Source of the DNA: Bdellovibrionales bacterium
GTDB taxonomy: Bacteria; Bdellovibrionota; Bdellovibrionia; Bdellovibrionales; DASUEL01
Reading direction: 5' to 3'
Length of the DNA: 64,000 nucleotides
Assembly (NCBI GenBank): GCA_050250255.1
Contig: JBFWOZ010000003.1
Span: forward strand, 1-64,000
This document shows positions 18,546 to 27,444 of the stretch, in pieces (the stretch's first letter is position 1; the number at the start of each line of letters is the position of its first letter). The notes below the pieces were generated by a model. That model was not told where the DNA came from. It saw nothing but the letters and a program-made list of their open reading frames with translations, and searched no databases. Both the position numbers and the translations under genes were made by a program.

Positions 18546-21241
18546 GTCTCGGTAATACAGCGCATGACTTCGTCGACGGTGGTGAGACCATTGACGGCCA
18601 TTTGAAGTCCGCATTCAATCAACGAAACGAAGCCGTCGTTTTTTACACCTTTTTTGAGTTCTTCAAACCCTGCGCTCATTGTTAAAAGCGCTTTCACTTC
18701 CGGTGTTTTTCTCCAGACTTCGTAGACAGGGATACGATCATAAAAACCTGTATCTTTACATTTCGTGCAGCCACGTCCTTCGGACATATGCTCAGGCATT
18801 TGTGTCAGATGAGGAAGATGTTTTTTCAAAAATGCGATTTCGTGTGTTTTGATCGGTCGTGTCTCTATGCAGTGTTTGCAAATACGTCTCACAAGGCGCT
18901 GTGCGAGAACTCCAAGGAGGCCGGCGGCGATCGTACCTGGCGGGACACCCATCTCTTTCAAGCGAGGAGTAACATCAAGAGATGAATTCGTATGGAGCGT
19001 AGAGAGCACGAGGTGACCCGTGATGGCAGCTTTGAAAACGATTTGCGCGGATTCTTCATCGCGCACTTCACCCACCATGATGACATCTGGATCTTGCCGC
19101 AAAACGCTCCGTAAAGCTTTTGCGAAAGTCATTCCGGTCTTTTCGTTGACTTCGACCTGATTGATTCCTGCGATATTCATTTCAACAGGGTCTTCAAGCG
19201 TGATGAGGTTTGCATCAGAGCGATTCAATTCATTGAGGACCGAATAAAGTGTGGTGCTCTTACCCGAACCTGTAGGACCGGTGATGAGGAAGAGTCCTTG
19301 ATTACTCTGAGTGACTTCACGAAGGATCGAAATCAATCGACGGTCAGGAGCGAGCATGTTGTAAGGGATGATCGCATTTTTCGTTTGGATTAAACGCAAC
19401 ACCATTTTCTCGCCATTTTTTGTTGGGATGTAAGAAACGCGTGCAAGTATGGCGTTGTCACCAATTTTGAGTTTCAATTGTCCATCCTGTGGAATGAAAT
19501 GATTTGCGATATCCATTTGGCACATGACCTTAATGCGACTCATTAATTCACGTGCGAGATTTTTCGGAAATTTTTCTGAATGTTCTTTTAAGACCCCATC
19601 GATACGAAAGCGTACGACCATAATTTCTTCACCACATTCGAAGTGAATGTCACTTGCTCGGTCGTTGAATCCTCGAGCGATTAAATCATCCAGTAGCGCC
19701 ACGGTGTTGGCAGAAATTGCGGTGTTGCCAGGTGTAGGAGTTGGTGTCGTTGTTGCGTTAAGATTTTTTATGTAGTTTTGAAACTCTTTAGACCATTTCG
19801 AATAATCAGCTTCGCTGATCATTTCAAGTTTGATTCGGTAATCGAGCAAATAGCGTCCAACAAGCGGATAAATGGTTTCGCGATTGGCATTGACGGTTCC
19901 GATGGTCACTTCTTTTTCGTGAATTTTCACGGGAATGATTTTGTGATCATTGATGATAGAAAACGGAATGAGCGACGCCAATTCTTCGATCTTTAATGTT
20001 TCGGTGATGATCGAATGATTGATACCGGCGCGCTGTGAACGTTTTTGAATTTTTTGAGCAAGCCCTTGTGAGAGTCGTATGCAAAACTCCGAAGAAGCGA
20101 GGAGATGTCGAACGGTGTCTGCAGGTAAGGCGTGGAGGACCGTAGCGCGTGTCGCTTGTGCGACAGACGGCTGAGGAACATTTGCGAGAAGTGCTGCTTC
20201 TCCAAAATGGTTCCCTGGAAGGATTTGACCAGACTCCGTAAAGCCACTTGTTTTTGGTAAAGGACGATGAAGAGAGATCTTCCCTGATTCCATCAAGTAT
20301 AAATAATCGGCGGTTGCGTTATTGAGGAAAACTTTTTCTCCAGCTTTGAAGTGTAGAGTTTTAAAATGCGGAATAAGTTGCTCTAGGTATTCTGGCGGGA
20401 AATGGGAGAAGAGCAAATTGGATTTTAAAAGGCTGAGTAAGTCAGGATATGTCGGAACGATAGGTTCACGATTGATATTTTCTGAATCTGGCGGAGGATA
20501 GTTAACGTTTAATTTTTTAAAAAGTGCATCGTAATCGTTTTGTGTAATCAAACAAGTGTTGATAGTGAGATTCGTAGTAGATTTAAAATGTTCGTAAAAT
20601 GTGCTGTTGAAAGGATCTAAGAGGGAGACATGGAGAACATTGTTGTCGAGTGACAGAGGAAGCACGCCATATTTTTTCCACAGAGTGCTGGGCAAATGTT
20701 GAAGAATTTCTTTTCTCGGTCGTAAATAGCGCAGTTGATAAAACTCCACAAAAGATTTTGAAGAGTTAGATTTCATATACAAGCCAGCGAGGTAGACGGC
20801 AAGTCGTTGTGCGATTTGTGGATGAGTGCGAAGGACGTGCAGAAATGCATCGCCTTTGATTTTTAAAATTTCTGTTGGTTCGTAGGCAAAAGCGGATCCT
20901 GATTTGCTATTTTTTGAGAGCACGGAGAACTCTGAGAAGTGTGCGGGCTTTTTTAAAAGTATGAGACGAGCGATATGTTTGACCTCGGGTATGTACTTCA
21001 CAATTTCGACGGCACCGGATTTGATGAAGTACACGTGATCGCCAATTTCATTTTCTAAAATAATTGGTTCGCCAACTTCAAAACTTTGTTTTTCAAAAAA
21101 GCCGGCGATGGATTGCAGAAGTTCTTCTTCTGCATCTTTGAAAAGCACTGTGGTTTTTAAAAACTCAAAATCGTCTTCCGCAAGTTCTTCGCGATGCGCT
21201 AGAACTCCGTTTATGGACTCGAGTTTTGGAGCCGCCGTCAT
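18542..21241 (-). CDS. GspE/PilB-family assembly ATPase with two tandem cNMP-binding + GspE N-terminal domain modules
   Basis: ASDIHFE, GPTGSGKST, LRQDPDVIMVGEVRD, GHLVLSTLHTN, CKHC/CTKC zinc motif; N-terminal CNBDs (VYFIKSGAVEI...HFSEFSVL and LYLMESGKI...HFGEAALL), each followed by a T2SSE_N-like segment. Confidence 0.88.
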   Translation of the reverse strand: MTAAPKLESINGVLAHREELAEDDFEFLKTTVLFKDAEEELLQSIAGFFEKQSFEVGEPIILENEIGDHVYFIKSGAVEIVKYIPEVKHIARLILLKKPAHFSEFSVLSKNSKSGSAFAYEPTEILKIKGDAFLHVLRTHPQIAQRLAVYLAGLYMKSNSSKSFVEFYQLRYLRPRKEILQHLPSTLWKKYGVLPLSLDNNVLHVSLLDPFNSTFYEHFKSTTNLTINTCLITQNDYDALFKKLNVNYPPPDSENINREPIVPTYPDLLSLLKSNLLFSHFPPEYLEQLIPHFKTLHFKAGEKVFLNNATADYLYLMESGKISLHRPLPKTSGFTESGQILPGNHFGEAALLANVPQPSVAQATRATVLHALPADTVRHLLASSEFCIRLSQGLAQKIQKRSQRAGINHSIITETLKIEELASLIPFSIINDHKIIPVKIHEKEVTIGTVNANRETIYPLVGRYLLDYRIKLEMISEADYSKWSKEFQNYIKNLNATTTPTPTPGNTAISANTVALLDDLIARGFNDRASDIHFECGEEIMVVRFRIDGVLKEHSEKFPKNLARELMSRIKVMCQMDIANHFIPQDGQLKLKIGDNAILARVSYIPTKNGEKMVLRLIQTKNAIIPYNMLAPDRRLISILREVTQSNQGLFLITGPTGSGKSTTLYSVLNELNRSDANLITLEDPVEMNIAGINQVEVNEKTGMTFAKALRSVLRQDPDVIMVGEVRDEESAQIVFKAAITGHLVLSTLHTNSSLDVTPRLKEMGVPPGTIAAGLLGVLAQRLVRRICKHCIETRPIKTHEIAFLKKHLPHLTQMPEHMSEGRGCTKCKDTGFYDRIPVYEVWRKTPEVKALLTMSAGFEELKKGVKNDGFVSLIECGLQMAVNGLTTVDEVMRCITET

Positions 21242-21248
21242 ACTCTAG

Positions 21249-21275
21249 GTATCGGAAAAACCTCAGATTTTTCGA
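21249..21275 (-). promoter_or_regulatory. sigma28 (FliA)-like promoter
   Basis: TCGA-N15-TCCGATAC, ending 7 nt before the ATG of the ATPase gene. Confidence 0.5.
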
Positions 21276-21339
21276 GTATTGAAGGACTGTAAAGGTCCCC
21301 ATGGGAAGGGAAGATTTTAGACTCTGTAGAGAGAGCTGG

Positions 21340-21371
21340 CAAAAAGTCGAGAAGCTATTTTTATTCTCGAC
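21340..21371 (-). terminator. Probable intrinsic terminator
   Basis: GTCGAGAA...TTCTCGAC stem followed by a T5 run on the minus strand, just after the lipoprotein stop. Confidence 0.55.
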
Positions 21372-21384
21372 GAAAGGACAGGCT

Positions 21385-21732
21385 TTAGTTGCACTTAAAT
21401 CCAGCTCCTTCTAGCTTTTTTTGCATCTGACTTGCTACAGATTCGCAGTGCCCCATGCCATTTTGTGAATTTGCGATGGGACTAATTTCGGTCAATTTGC
21501 TGTAAACTACCTGACAACCACCATTGAGCGGTTGCACTGAAATCACTCGTTTGTCTTTCCCAGAAGTGCATTTTATCTCTTTTGCTTGAGTAGTGACTGC
21601 GGGTGTACTTTTCTTAGAACTCACGACTGCTGCGGATTTGGGGCCGTTTGTTTTTTCAACTTTTTGCTTTGAGGAACAAGCTGGCACTAAAAAAAACGTT
21701 AGGATAAAAACGATTTTTGTTTTGAGAGTCAT
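21385..21732 (-). CDS. Small lipoprotein, four-Cys C-terminal domain
   Basis: GGAGG RBS, lipobox VPAC, Ser/Thr/Lys linker, four further Cys. Confidence 0.7.
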   Translation of the reverse strand: MTLKTKIVFILTFFLVPACSSKQKVEKTNGPKSAAVVSSKKSTPAVTTQAKEIKCTSGKDKRVISVQPLNGGCQVVYSKLTEISPIANSQNGMGHCESVASQMQKKLEGAGFKCN

Positions 21733-21813
21733 GATGTTCCTCCGACTGCTTTGTTCTATTGTCACATGCTTCTTAAAAAAATCAATGGTAGGATGCCTTG
21801 AAAGGGATATCTT

Positions 21814-22335
21814 ATGCTAAAAAAATGGTGTTATTTCTCTGTGGGTCGCTATCAAGTCAAGATTGATCAAGAAGATCTCAAGCGGGTCGCTGAATATACA
21901 TGGCGTATTCGCCGTCGGAAAGACAGTTCCAAACTTAGCATTATTACGAGTGTCCGCACCGATAGAGGTGTGAAGAACGTGAGTCTTCCCCAGTTTCTTA
22001 TGCGACCGGCGAAGGGAAAGCTCGTGTATCCGAGACGTCATCTTGAGGGCTTCGATTACCGCAAAAACAACTTAATTGTCTGTTCCATTCAACAACGTCA
22101 GCAAATGCTTCCGAAAAAAAGAAAAGACACCAGTTCAAAGTATCGAGGCGTCTCCTATCTTAAAAAGAAAGACAAATGGCGTGCGGCGATTACGGTCGAC
22201 AGACGATCTATCAACCTCGGAGATTTTGACTCTGAAAAGGAAGCCGCTTTAGCTTATAATCGCGCTTCCAAAAAATATTTTGGCGAATTCCATTTCGAAA
22301 ACACCATTACCCAAAGTAAAAATCGTCGCCTCTAA
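21814..22335 (+). CDS. AP2-domain protein with degenerate HNH-like region
   Basis: SKYRGVSY...KWRAAITV...INLGDFDSEKEAALAYNRASKKYFGEF (AP2), preceded by a segment resembling the HNH part of HNH-AP2 proteins. Confidence 0.82.
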   Translation: MLKKWCYFSVGRYQVKIDQEDLKRVAEYTWRIRRRKDSSKLSIITSVRTDRGVKNVSLPQFLMRPAKGKLVYPRRHLEGFDYRKNNLIVCSIQQRQQMLPKKRKDTSSKYRGVSYLKKKDKWRAAITVDRRSINLGDFDSEKEAALAYNRASKKYFGEFHFENTITQSKNRRL

Positions 22336-22351
22336 AAAAACATTTTTGTTG

Positions 22352-22717
22352 TTAATGTGTAGAGGTAGGTGAATCTAAATCTTTCCATGGCGCTGGAGTT
22401 TCGGAAGAGACCACTTTCGCGTTTTCTGGAAGATGCGACTCACGGTCCTCAGGATCATCGAGTTCAGAGCTTGGAACTTCGCTGGGAGCAGTCGACTTAC
22501 GATCAAAGACAGGTTGCTCTTGTTCGTCTCGATCATACTCATTTTTTTCGTCTGGCATATAGTTCAAGCCGATCAAAAATGCCTCTCCCGAAATTTCTTC
22601 GGAGTCACCAGGGCTGTCCTCGGTTGGTGGTTTGTCATCCCCATAGCTTCGGAGATTGAATTCTTGTTCGGAGATAATATCGCGCTTTTTTTTGTTAATT
22701 TGAGTGTTGCGACCCAT
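22352..22717 (-). CDS. Acidic, probably disordered hypothetical protein
   Basis: AAAGGAGG RBS before ATG; D/E/P/S-rich. Confidence 0.6.
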   Translation of the reverse strand: MGRNTQINKKKRDIISEQEFNLRSYGDDKPPTEDSPGDSEEISGEAFLIGLNYMPDEKNEYDRDEQEQPVFDRKSTAPSEVPSSELDDPEDRESHLPENAKVVSSETPAPWKDLDSPTSTH

Positions 22718-22740
22718 GGTGCCTCCTTTTGAAGGTAGAG

Positions 22741-22757
22741 ATGCAAACTTGAATCCG
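22741..22757 (-). promoter_or_regulatory. sigma54-like promoter
   Basis: CGGATTCAAGTTTGCAT (GG-N10-GC), 23 nt upstream of the start at 22717. Confidence 0.45.
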
Positions 22758-22828
22758 TCTCCGAAGAACTTTTAATTTTGTTTAGAGATAAAAAGTGGGG
22801 AAAAATGTCTCGTCCAACGGGTAGAAAT

Positions 22829-22854
22829 AAAAAGGCCGCTTTGAAAGCGGCCTT
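22829..22854 (-). terminator. Intrinsic terminator
   Basis: AAGGCCGCTT-TGA-AAGCGGCCTT hairpin with T-run on the minus strand, right after the stop at 22866. Confidence 0.75.
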
Positions 22855-22865
22855 GCAGAAGAAAA

Positions 22866-23105
22866 TTACTTCTCGTTCAGATTGAGTACAGGTCGCGCGG
22901 CCTGTTTTATTTCGCGAGGAGGCGGATCGCCTGGATCCTCTTCCACATCTGGTCCTACGCTGTAACGTTCACGGATGGCAGGTGGAGGATCGCCCTCCTC
23001 TTCCACATCTGGTCCTGAAGCAAAGCCTTCACGGACAGATGCAAGGCTTGAGCTTGGGCTTAAGGCCACAAGTAAAGCTGCAGATAAAATTATTTTGGAA
23101 AACAT
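22866..23105 (-). CDS. Small secreted protein with two GPDVEE(E/DP)GDPPP repeats
   Basis: AAAGGAG RBS, signal peptide MFSKIILSAALLVALSPSSSLA, repeat also visible in DNA (TCCTCTTCCACATCTGGTCCT twice), downstream terminator. Confidence 0.7.
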   Translation of the reverse strand: MFSKIILSAALLVALSPSSSLASVREGFASGPDVEEEGDPPPAIRERYSVGPDVEEDPGDPPPREIKQAARPVLNLNEK

Positions 23106-23244
23106 CGATACTCCTTTTGTTTCGCAATTGGCACAAAACCAATTCGTGCATCCCACTTCAATTTGGAGACAGCTCATACAGAATAACTGATTTTAAAGAC
23201 TCTCTCAAATTTTCTAGGCGGTTTGTCTCAACTTAAGTCATCCT

Positions 23245-26106
23245 TTAATTGGGAGCAGACGTAGAAAGCGTAAAAAGAATTTGAGTGTCGTTACCAAGAG
23301 CTACGGAACCCTGATAAATTCCCAAATGGAGATGGAGCGCGTAGACCTGTCCCAAATCGAGCGCTTGATAAATTTCGGCTCCCACGCTCCACGGAAGGCC
23401 ATCTCCTAAAAGATTTTCTCGCGGAACTCCTGCAATCTGGGTTCGCAGGGCGCCAGAGAGTCGACCAAAATAAAACGAAGAAGCACCTAGTCCTCTTTCA
23501 ATATCTGAAAGCGGAAAAGTGTAATGCGCACTTCCTATAATAAGTCGTTTTGTTAGGATGGAATTTGGAGCCGCACCGTATAGCGGATAATCACTAGCTA
23601 AGGCGTAAGGAAAAGAATGCTGGCTGCCCGCAGTTAAGAAGGTATTGGACCCGGGTTGGGTTCCGATAAAGCCTGCACCATCAAGGGAGAGATGAAGTAC
23701 ATGTTCGCTTTCACGGAGGGCATGATGACTTTTAATCTGAACGACACTTAAGCTTGTCGACGTCTCTTCACTTTTGAGTGATAAAAATTCGCTCAACTGA
23801 AGGGCATATTTGCGGCCTGCCTGGGCAAAGCTTGCGCCCATTTTTTTATAAGTTGTATCACTTTGTATTTGTACTCCAGCGCCTACGTACTCTGCGCTAG
23901 AAGTTAGGCGGCGTGTTTCATGAAATAAAAAAGGTTTTATGACTTCGTAATTTCTACGTGGTGAGAGGAAATGGGCACTGACTTCGCTATGAAATATTTC
24001 GTAAAGAGGTGAGTACCCGTTTACAGGTTTTACGTTATGAGAAGTAGAGAGATCCCAAGCAGTTTCGCTTCGGCCATTGAAATAATAAAAATTACTAATG
24101 ATTTTCTGTGTGACGGAATCGTGTCGTAGGTCAAAAGTGTAATGTTGAAAGTAAAGTGGATCCACGGCACCAAGAGTAGCTCCAAGTTGAGAAGCTCCTG
24201 GCCTAAGTACGATGCTTGGAGCCAGGTACTGAGGTGAAAGGTATTTTGTGCCTTTGTAATCTGACTCTACGTAATTGTTTGCGGGCTCTAACGTGATTAT
24301 TTCTGGTTGAATAGTTGCTTTTTGAGTAGTGAGAGGTGCAGTTGGTACTGCAAATCGAGCCACATCATAACCTTTTGCATGGTAACCAATCCCGTAAATC
24401 CATTTTTTTTGAGGATCAAGAACAGGAAAGAAGAATCCACCTTCTACGTTAGACAACTGTTTAAGGTCACCCGAAGGAATCGTGAGTTCATATATATTTG
24501 TTACTCCGGTGCGATCAGAAGAAAAGATAACTTTTTTTTCTGAAACCCAAGACGGAAAAAGGTTTTGAAACCCATCTACGATCAATGCTTTGGTTTTTCC
24601 ATTAAGATCAATTTGATAAAGATCCTCACCGCCGGTTTGTGAATTGTGAAGGCTAAAGAGAATCACTTGGCCGCTCGGAGAAAAACGCGGTCCAGAGATC
24701 CGGGAATAGTTTTTCGCTTCTAAAAGAATTTTGGGTTGGTTCCATCCCGTGTCTGTTAAAATTAATTGATTTTTTCCACTATGATTTTTGACATAAACAA
24801 TCTGTTTTCCGTCTGGATGAATATCAGGATCACGAGCGCGTAGGGCGGGACTCACCGAAATAATTTTATTTTGCTTCAGGTCGTAAATATAAAGATCACT
24901 GAGCCGGTAAAAACGATCTTTGTGGCGAGCTTGATCAAATGCGAGAAAACGCCCGGACCCAGAGAGGGAAATTTGGTAACCTGAGGCGCGCGAGGTGAGG
25001 GGCACCGGAGGATTCCACGTTCCGTTTTCATTGAACGAGAGCTGCAGAACACTATTTTCAAAATCAGGATGGTCACGATTGGTAAAAAGAGTTTTTCCGT
25101 CATGCGAAAGGACAAGCCCGTGATAAATATGGCCCGTGTCGGTTAGAAATTCGAGGGCTGTTACGGGTTTCTTGCGAATTTCTGCCAGCTCTCTTTGAGC
25201 CTGAAGCTGAATGCTTTCAAGAGTTTTTTTCCATAAGTCGTCAAAGGTTTCAAAGCCGGCTGCTTTGAGAGCGGGACCAATAGCGAACGGGAGGGATTTG
25301 GATTGTTGGTACAGCAGAGATTTTAAAACTTCTGGCTTTTGTGCGATCATTTCACGAATTAAAAAGTATCCAAATAAATAAGGTCGCACGCCCCAAGGCC
25401 ATTCTTTGTAATCAAAAGTGAAAACGGTGTCTTTACGAGCGAAAAAAGAATCATCTAAGACGTTTTCGAGATGAGCCGTCCTCATCATCATTCGGTACTC
25501 ACTGCTCTCGCCACGCCCCTTAGGAGTGAGGTGAGTCTCAAGATAGACGGCCAAACCCTCTTTCACCCAAGCAGGAGTTGTAATTTGAGGTCGCATGGAT
25601 GAGCCCATAAGCGCGGAAAGAGGACGGTAGAGGCCCGTTCTCTGATCAATTTGCGTTACGTGGGTTAATTCGTGAGTGAGGAGCCAGTCGTGCCAATCGG
25701 CATACTGATTGAGTCCTCGAGCGTATTGGGGAAGTGCGATGGGATAAAAAATTTGTCTCTCGGGAAAATGAAGAGTGTAGATTGGTGGTTCATCGGATTG
25801 ATCGATGACCACGATATGAGTTGGACCAGGTTCACTCCCAAGAGTATGAGTGACTTTGTTGTAGGACTTTTCAGCAACTCCTGCGACTCGACGTCCAACT
25901 TCATGTAGGTGTTCAGGATAGTGAACAAAAAAATGCGGAGTTTGAAGAGTCCGATAAAACAGTTTCGGATCGAGTTGATTGCGAAGAAGTTGTTCGGCGG
26001 TGTAACTCACGACTTGTGTAGGGAGAAGAATCAGTAAGAGTGTCATGAGCCATTGTTTGAGAGCGGGCATGCTCTCTAGCTTGAACATCAATCTTGAATT
26101 GGTCAA
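23245..26106 (-). CDS. Exported multidomain protein: HExxH metallopeptidase + TolB/PD40-like beta-propeller + possible C-terminal beta-barrel
   Basis: LTHELTH...PAWVKEGLAVYLE (gluzincin-like); DPDIHPDGKQIVY, PRFSPSG, FSSDRTGVTNIY repeats; beta-rich C-terminus. Confidence 0.75.
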   Translation of the reverse strand: MTNSRLMFKLESMPALKQWLMTLLLILLPTQVVSYTAEQLLRNQLDPKLFYRTLQTPHFFVHYPEHLHEVGRRVAGVAEKSYNKVTHTLGSEPGPTHIVVIDQSDEPPIYTLHFPERQIFYPIALPQYARGLNQYADWHDWLLTHELTHVTQIDQRTGLYRPLSALMGSSMRPQITTPAWVKEGLAVYLETHLTPKGRGESSEYRMMMRTAHLENVLDDSFFARKDTVFTFDYKEWPWGVRPYLFGYFLIREMIAQKPEVLKSLLYQQSKSLPFAIGPALKAAGFETFDDLWKKTLESIQLQAQRELAEIRKKPVTALEFLTDTGHIYHGLVLSHDGKTLFTNRDHPDFENSVLQLSFNENGTWNPPVPLTSRASGYQISLSGSGRFLAFDQARHKDRFYRLSDLYIYDLKQNKIISVSPALRARDPDIHPDGKQIVYVKNHSGKNQLILTDTGWNQPKILLEAKNYSRISGPRFSPSGQVILFSLHNSQTGGEDLYQIDLNGKTKALIVDGFQNLFPSWVSEKKVIFSSDRTGVTNIYELTIPSGDLKQLSNVEGGFFFPVLDPQKKWIYGIGYHAKGYDVARFAVPTAPLTTQKATIQPEIITLEPANNYVESDYKGTKYLSPQYLAPSIVLRPGASQLGATLGAVDPLYFQHYTFDLRHDSVTQKIISNFYYFNGRSETAWDLSTSHNVKPVNGYSPLYEIFHSEVSAHFLSPRRNYEVIKPFLFHETRRLTSSAEYVGAGVQIQSDTTYKKMGASFAQAGRKYALQLSEFLSLKSEETSTSLSVVQIKSHHALRESEHVLHLSLDGAGFIGTQPGSNTFLTAGSQHSFPYALASDYPLYGAAPNSILTKRLIIGSAHYTFPLSDIERGLGASSFYFGRLSGALRTQIAGVPRENLLGDGLPWSVGAEIYQALDLGQVYALHLHLGIYQGSVALGNDTQILFTLSTSAPN

Positions 26107-26126
26107 AACCTTTTCTTCTGGAGAGG

Positions 26127-26158
26127 TTTTTTCCCAGGAAAAGAGCTCCTGGGAAAAA
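26127..26158. terminator. Hairpin, possible bidirectional terminator
   Basis: TTTTTCCCAGGA-AAAGAGC-TCCTGGGAAAAA. Confidence 0.5.
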
Positions 26159-26379
26159 TAAATTGTACGATTCTATCTTAAGAAAGCGCGAACTTGATAG
26201 CCAGAGGAAAGGTCTTGAAGAGTTAAAATAATTTTTTTGGAAACACGGTTCACGAGGACGGATGCGACTTGAATTTCTGCCGAAGTATTTGGATCCATTT
26301 GGATGTGGATTAGCTTTGATTTCTTTGCAAACGTATCTGGGTGTAAAGAAGTGGCCTGATTAGTTAAAATACTAGGCTT

Positions 26380-27207
26380 TTATTTGGCCCAAAGTTGTTT
26401 TTCCAGATCTGCAATCTGTGTTTGAAGTGTCTGAATTCGTTGAAGTCTCTCTTGCTCATTTCCAGAGGCGGTGAGCTGGCGTTGCCAATAGAGGAGGTCG
26501 GTATTGAGATCGGCAAGTCGGCGATCATGTTCTACAAGCTGACTATGAAGAGCAAGTTTTTCTTCTTGAGCGGCATTTGATATTTCAAGAGATTGAATGT
26601 TGGATGTGATTTCAATAGTTCTCATTTGTGACTGAATTTGTTCTTTATAAGTTTGCAACTGAGCCAAAGAAGAATTGATTGTAACATTCGGGGTTGTCGT
26701 TGGTTCAGGAATGCTTGCGGGCGCACGTCCCATTTGTGCCTGTAGATCGGCGATAGATTGGTTCACCGTTTGAATTTGATTTTCTAGATTTACAATGGCG
26801 AGATCGGACTGGATTTTCTGTTGTCTTAAAAAAAATTGTTCCTGCTCGCTGACTTCGAAAGTTCTTTGGCCCAAGTCACTGATGAAGGTTTGCAAACTTT
26901 GAATTTCTGTCTGCAAAGCCTGAATATAATTTTTCACAGTATCCACATGAGATTGTTGATTGGTCACACGAGCAAGTGCAGCGTTCAATTGGGAGAGTCG
27001 AGCTCTGAGTAGATTTTTCAGTTGAGTACGGTCCGAGGGAGTAGGGACAGTAGTCAGTACGGAAGGTTGTGGAGGTGTTGACGCCGCTGTTTCAGTGATT
27101 TCAGAAACGCGAGCTTCTGTTTCGCTTTCTGTGCGGTCAAAATATCCCTTTTGATCTAAGAAGAGAACCACGGCTGCCAGAAGAAAAATAATAAATAGCA
27201 ATTTCAT
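26380..27207 (-). CDS. Membrane-anchored Gln-rich coiled-coil protein
   Basis: GAGGAGG RBS, N-terminal TM MKLLFIIFLLAAVVLFL, heptad-rich body. Confidence 0.7.
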   Translation of the reverse strand: MKLLFIIFLLAAVVLFLDQKGYFDRTESETEARVSEITETAASTPPQPSVLTTVPTPSDRTQLKNLLRARLSQLNAALARVTNQQSHVDTVKNYIQALQTEIQSLQTFISDLGQRTFEVSEQEQFFLRQQKIQSDLAIVNLENQIQTVNQSIADLQAQMGRAPASIPEPTTTPNVTINSSLAQLQTYKEQIQSQMRTIEITSNIQSLEISNAAQEEKLALHSQLVEHDRRLADLNTDLLYWQRQLTASGNEQERLQRIQTLQTQIADLEKQLWAK

Positions 27208-27230
27208 CCTGTCCCTCCTCAATAGAGGAT

Positions 27231-27246
27231 TGCAAGTGCCGAGCCT
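27231..27246 (-). promoter_or_regulatory. sigma54-like promoter
   Basis: AGGCTCGGCACTTGCA (GG-N10-GC), 23 nt upstream of the ATG at 27207. Confidence 0.5.
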
Positions 27247-27444
27247 TACTGAAGTTGTCTTTAAGCTTCTTTTGGTGCTTCGCCTGGGGCAAAATACCTC
27301 AGTAAATAAGGCGGTTAGAAACATCATAAGGCTATTACTTCGAGATGTGTTACCCCTATAAGCTGTTGGTAGTGATGGGCAATTCGCTCCCCGTAAGCTT
27401 GGACCATAAATTGCGAGGTTCTTAAACTAGTTGAAGATCTGATT

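Noticed and set aside
26173..26379. Open frame continuing in-frame past the TAA of the coiled-coil gene (KPSILTNQ...MDPNTSAEIQVASV...RAFLR)
   Set aside because: Could be read-through, a nonsense mutation or a 41-aa ORF, but there is no RBS or motif and an open stretch of this length can occur by chance
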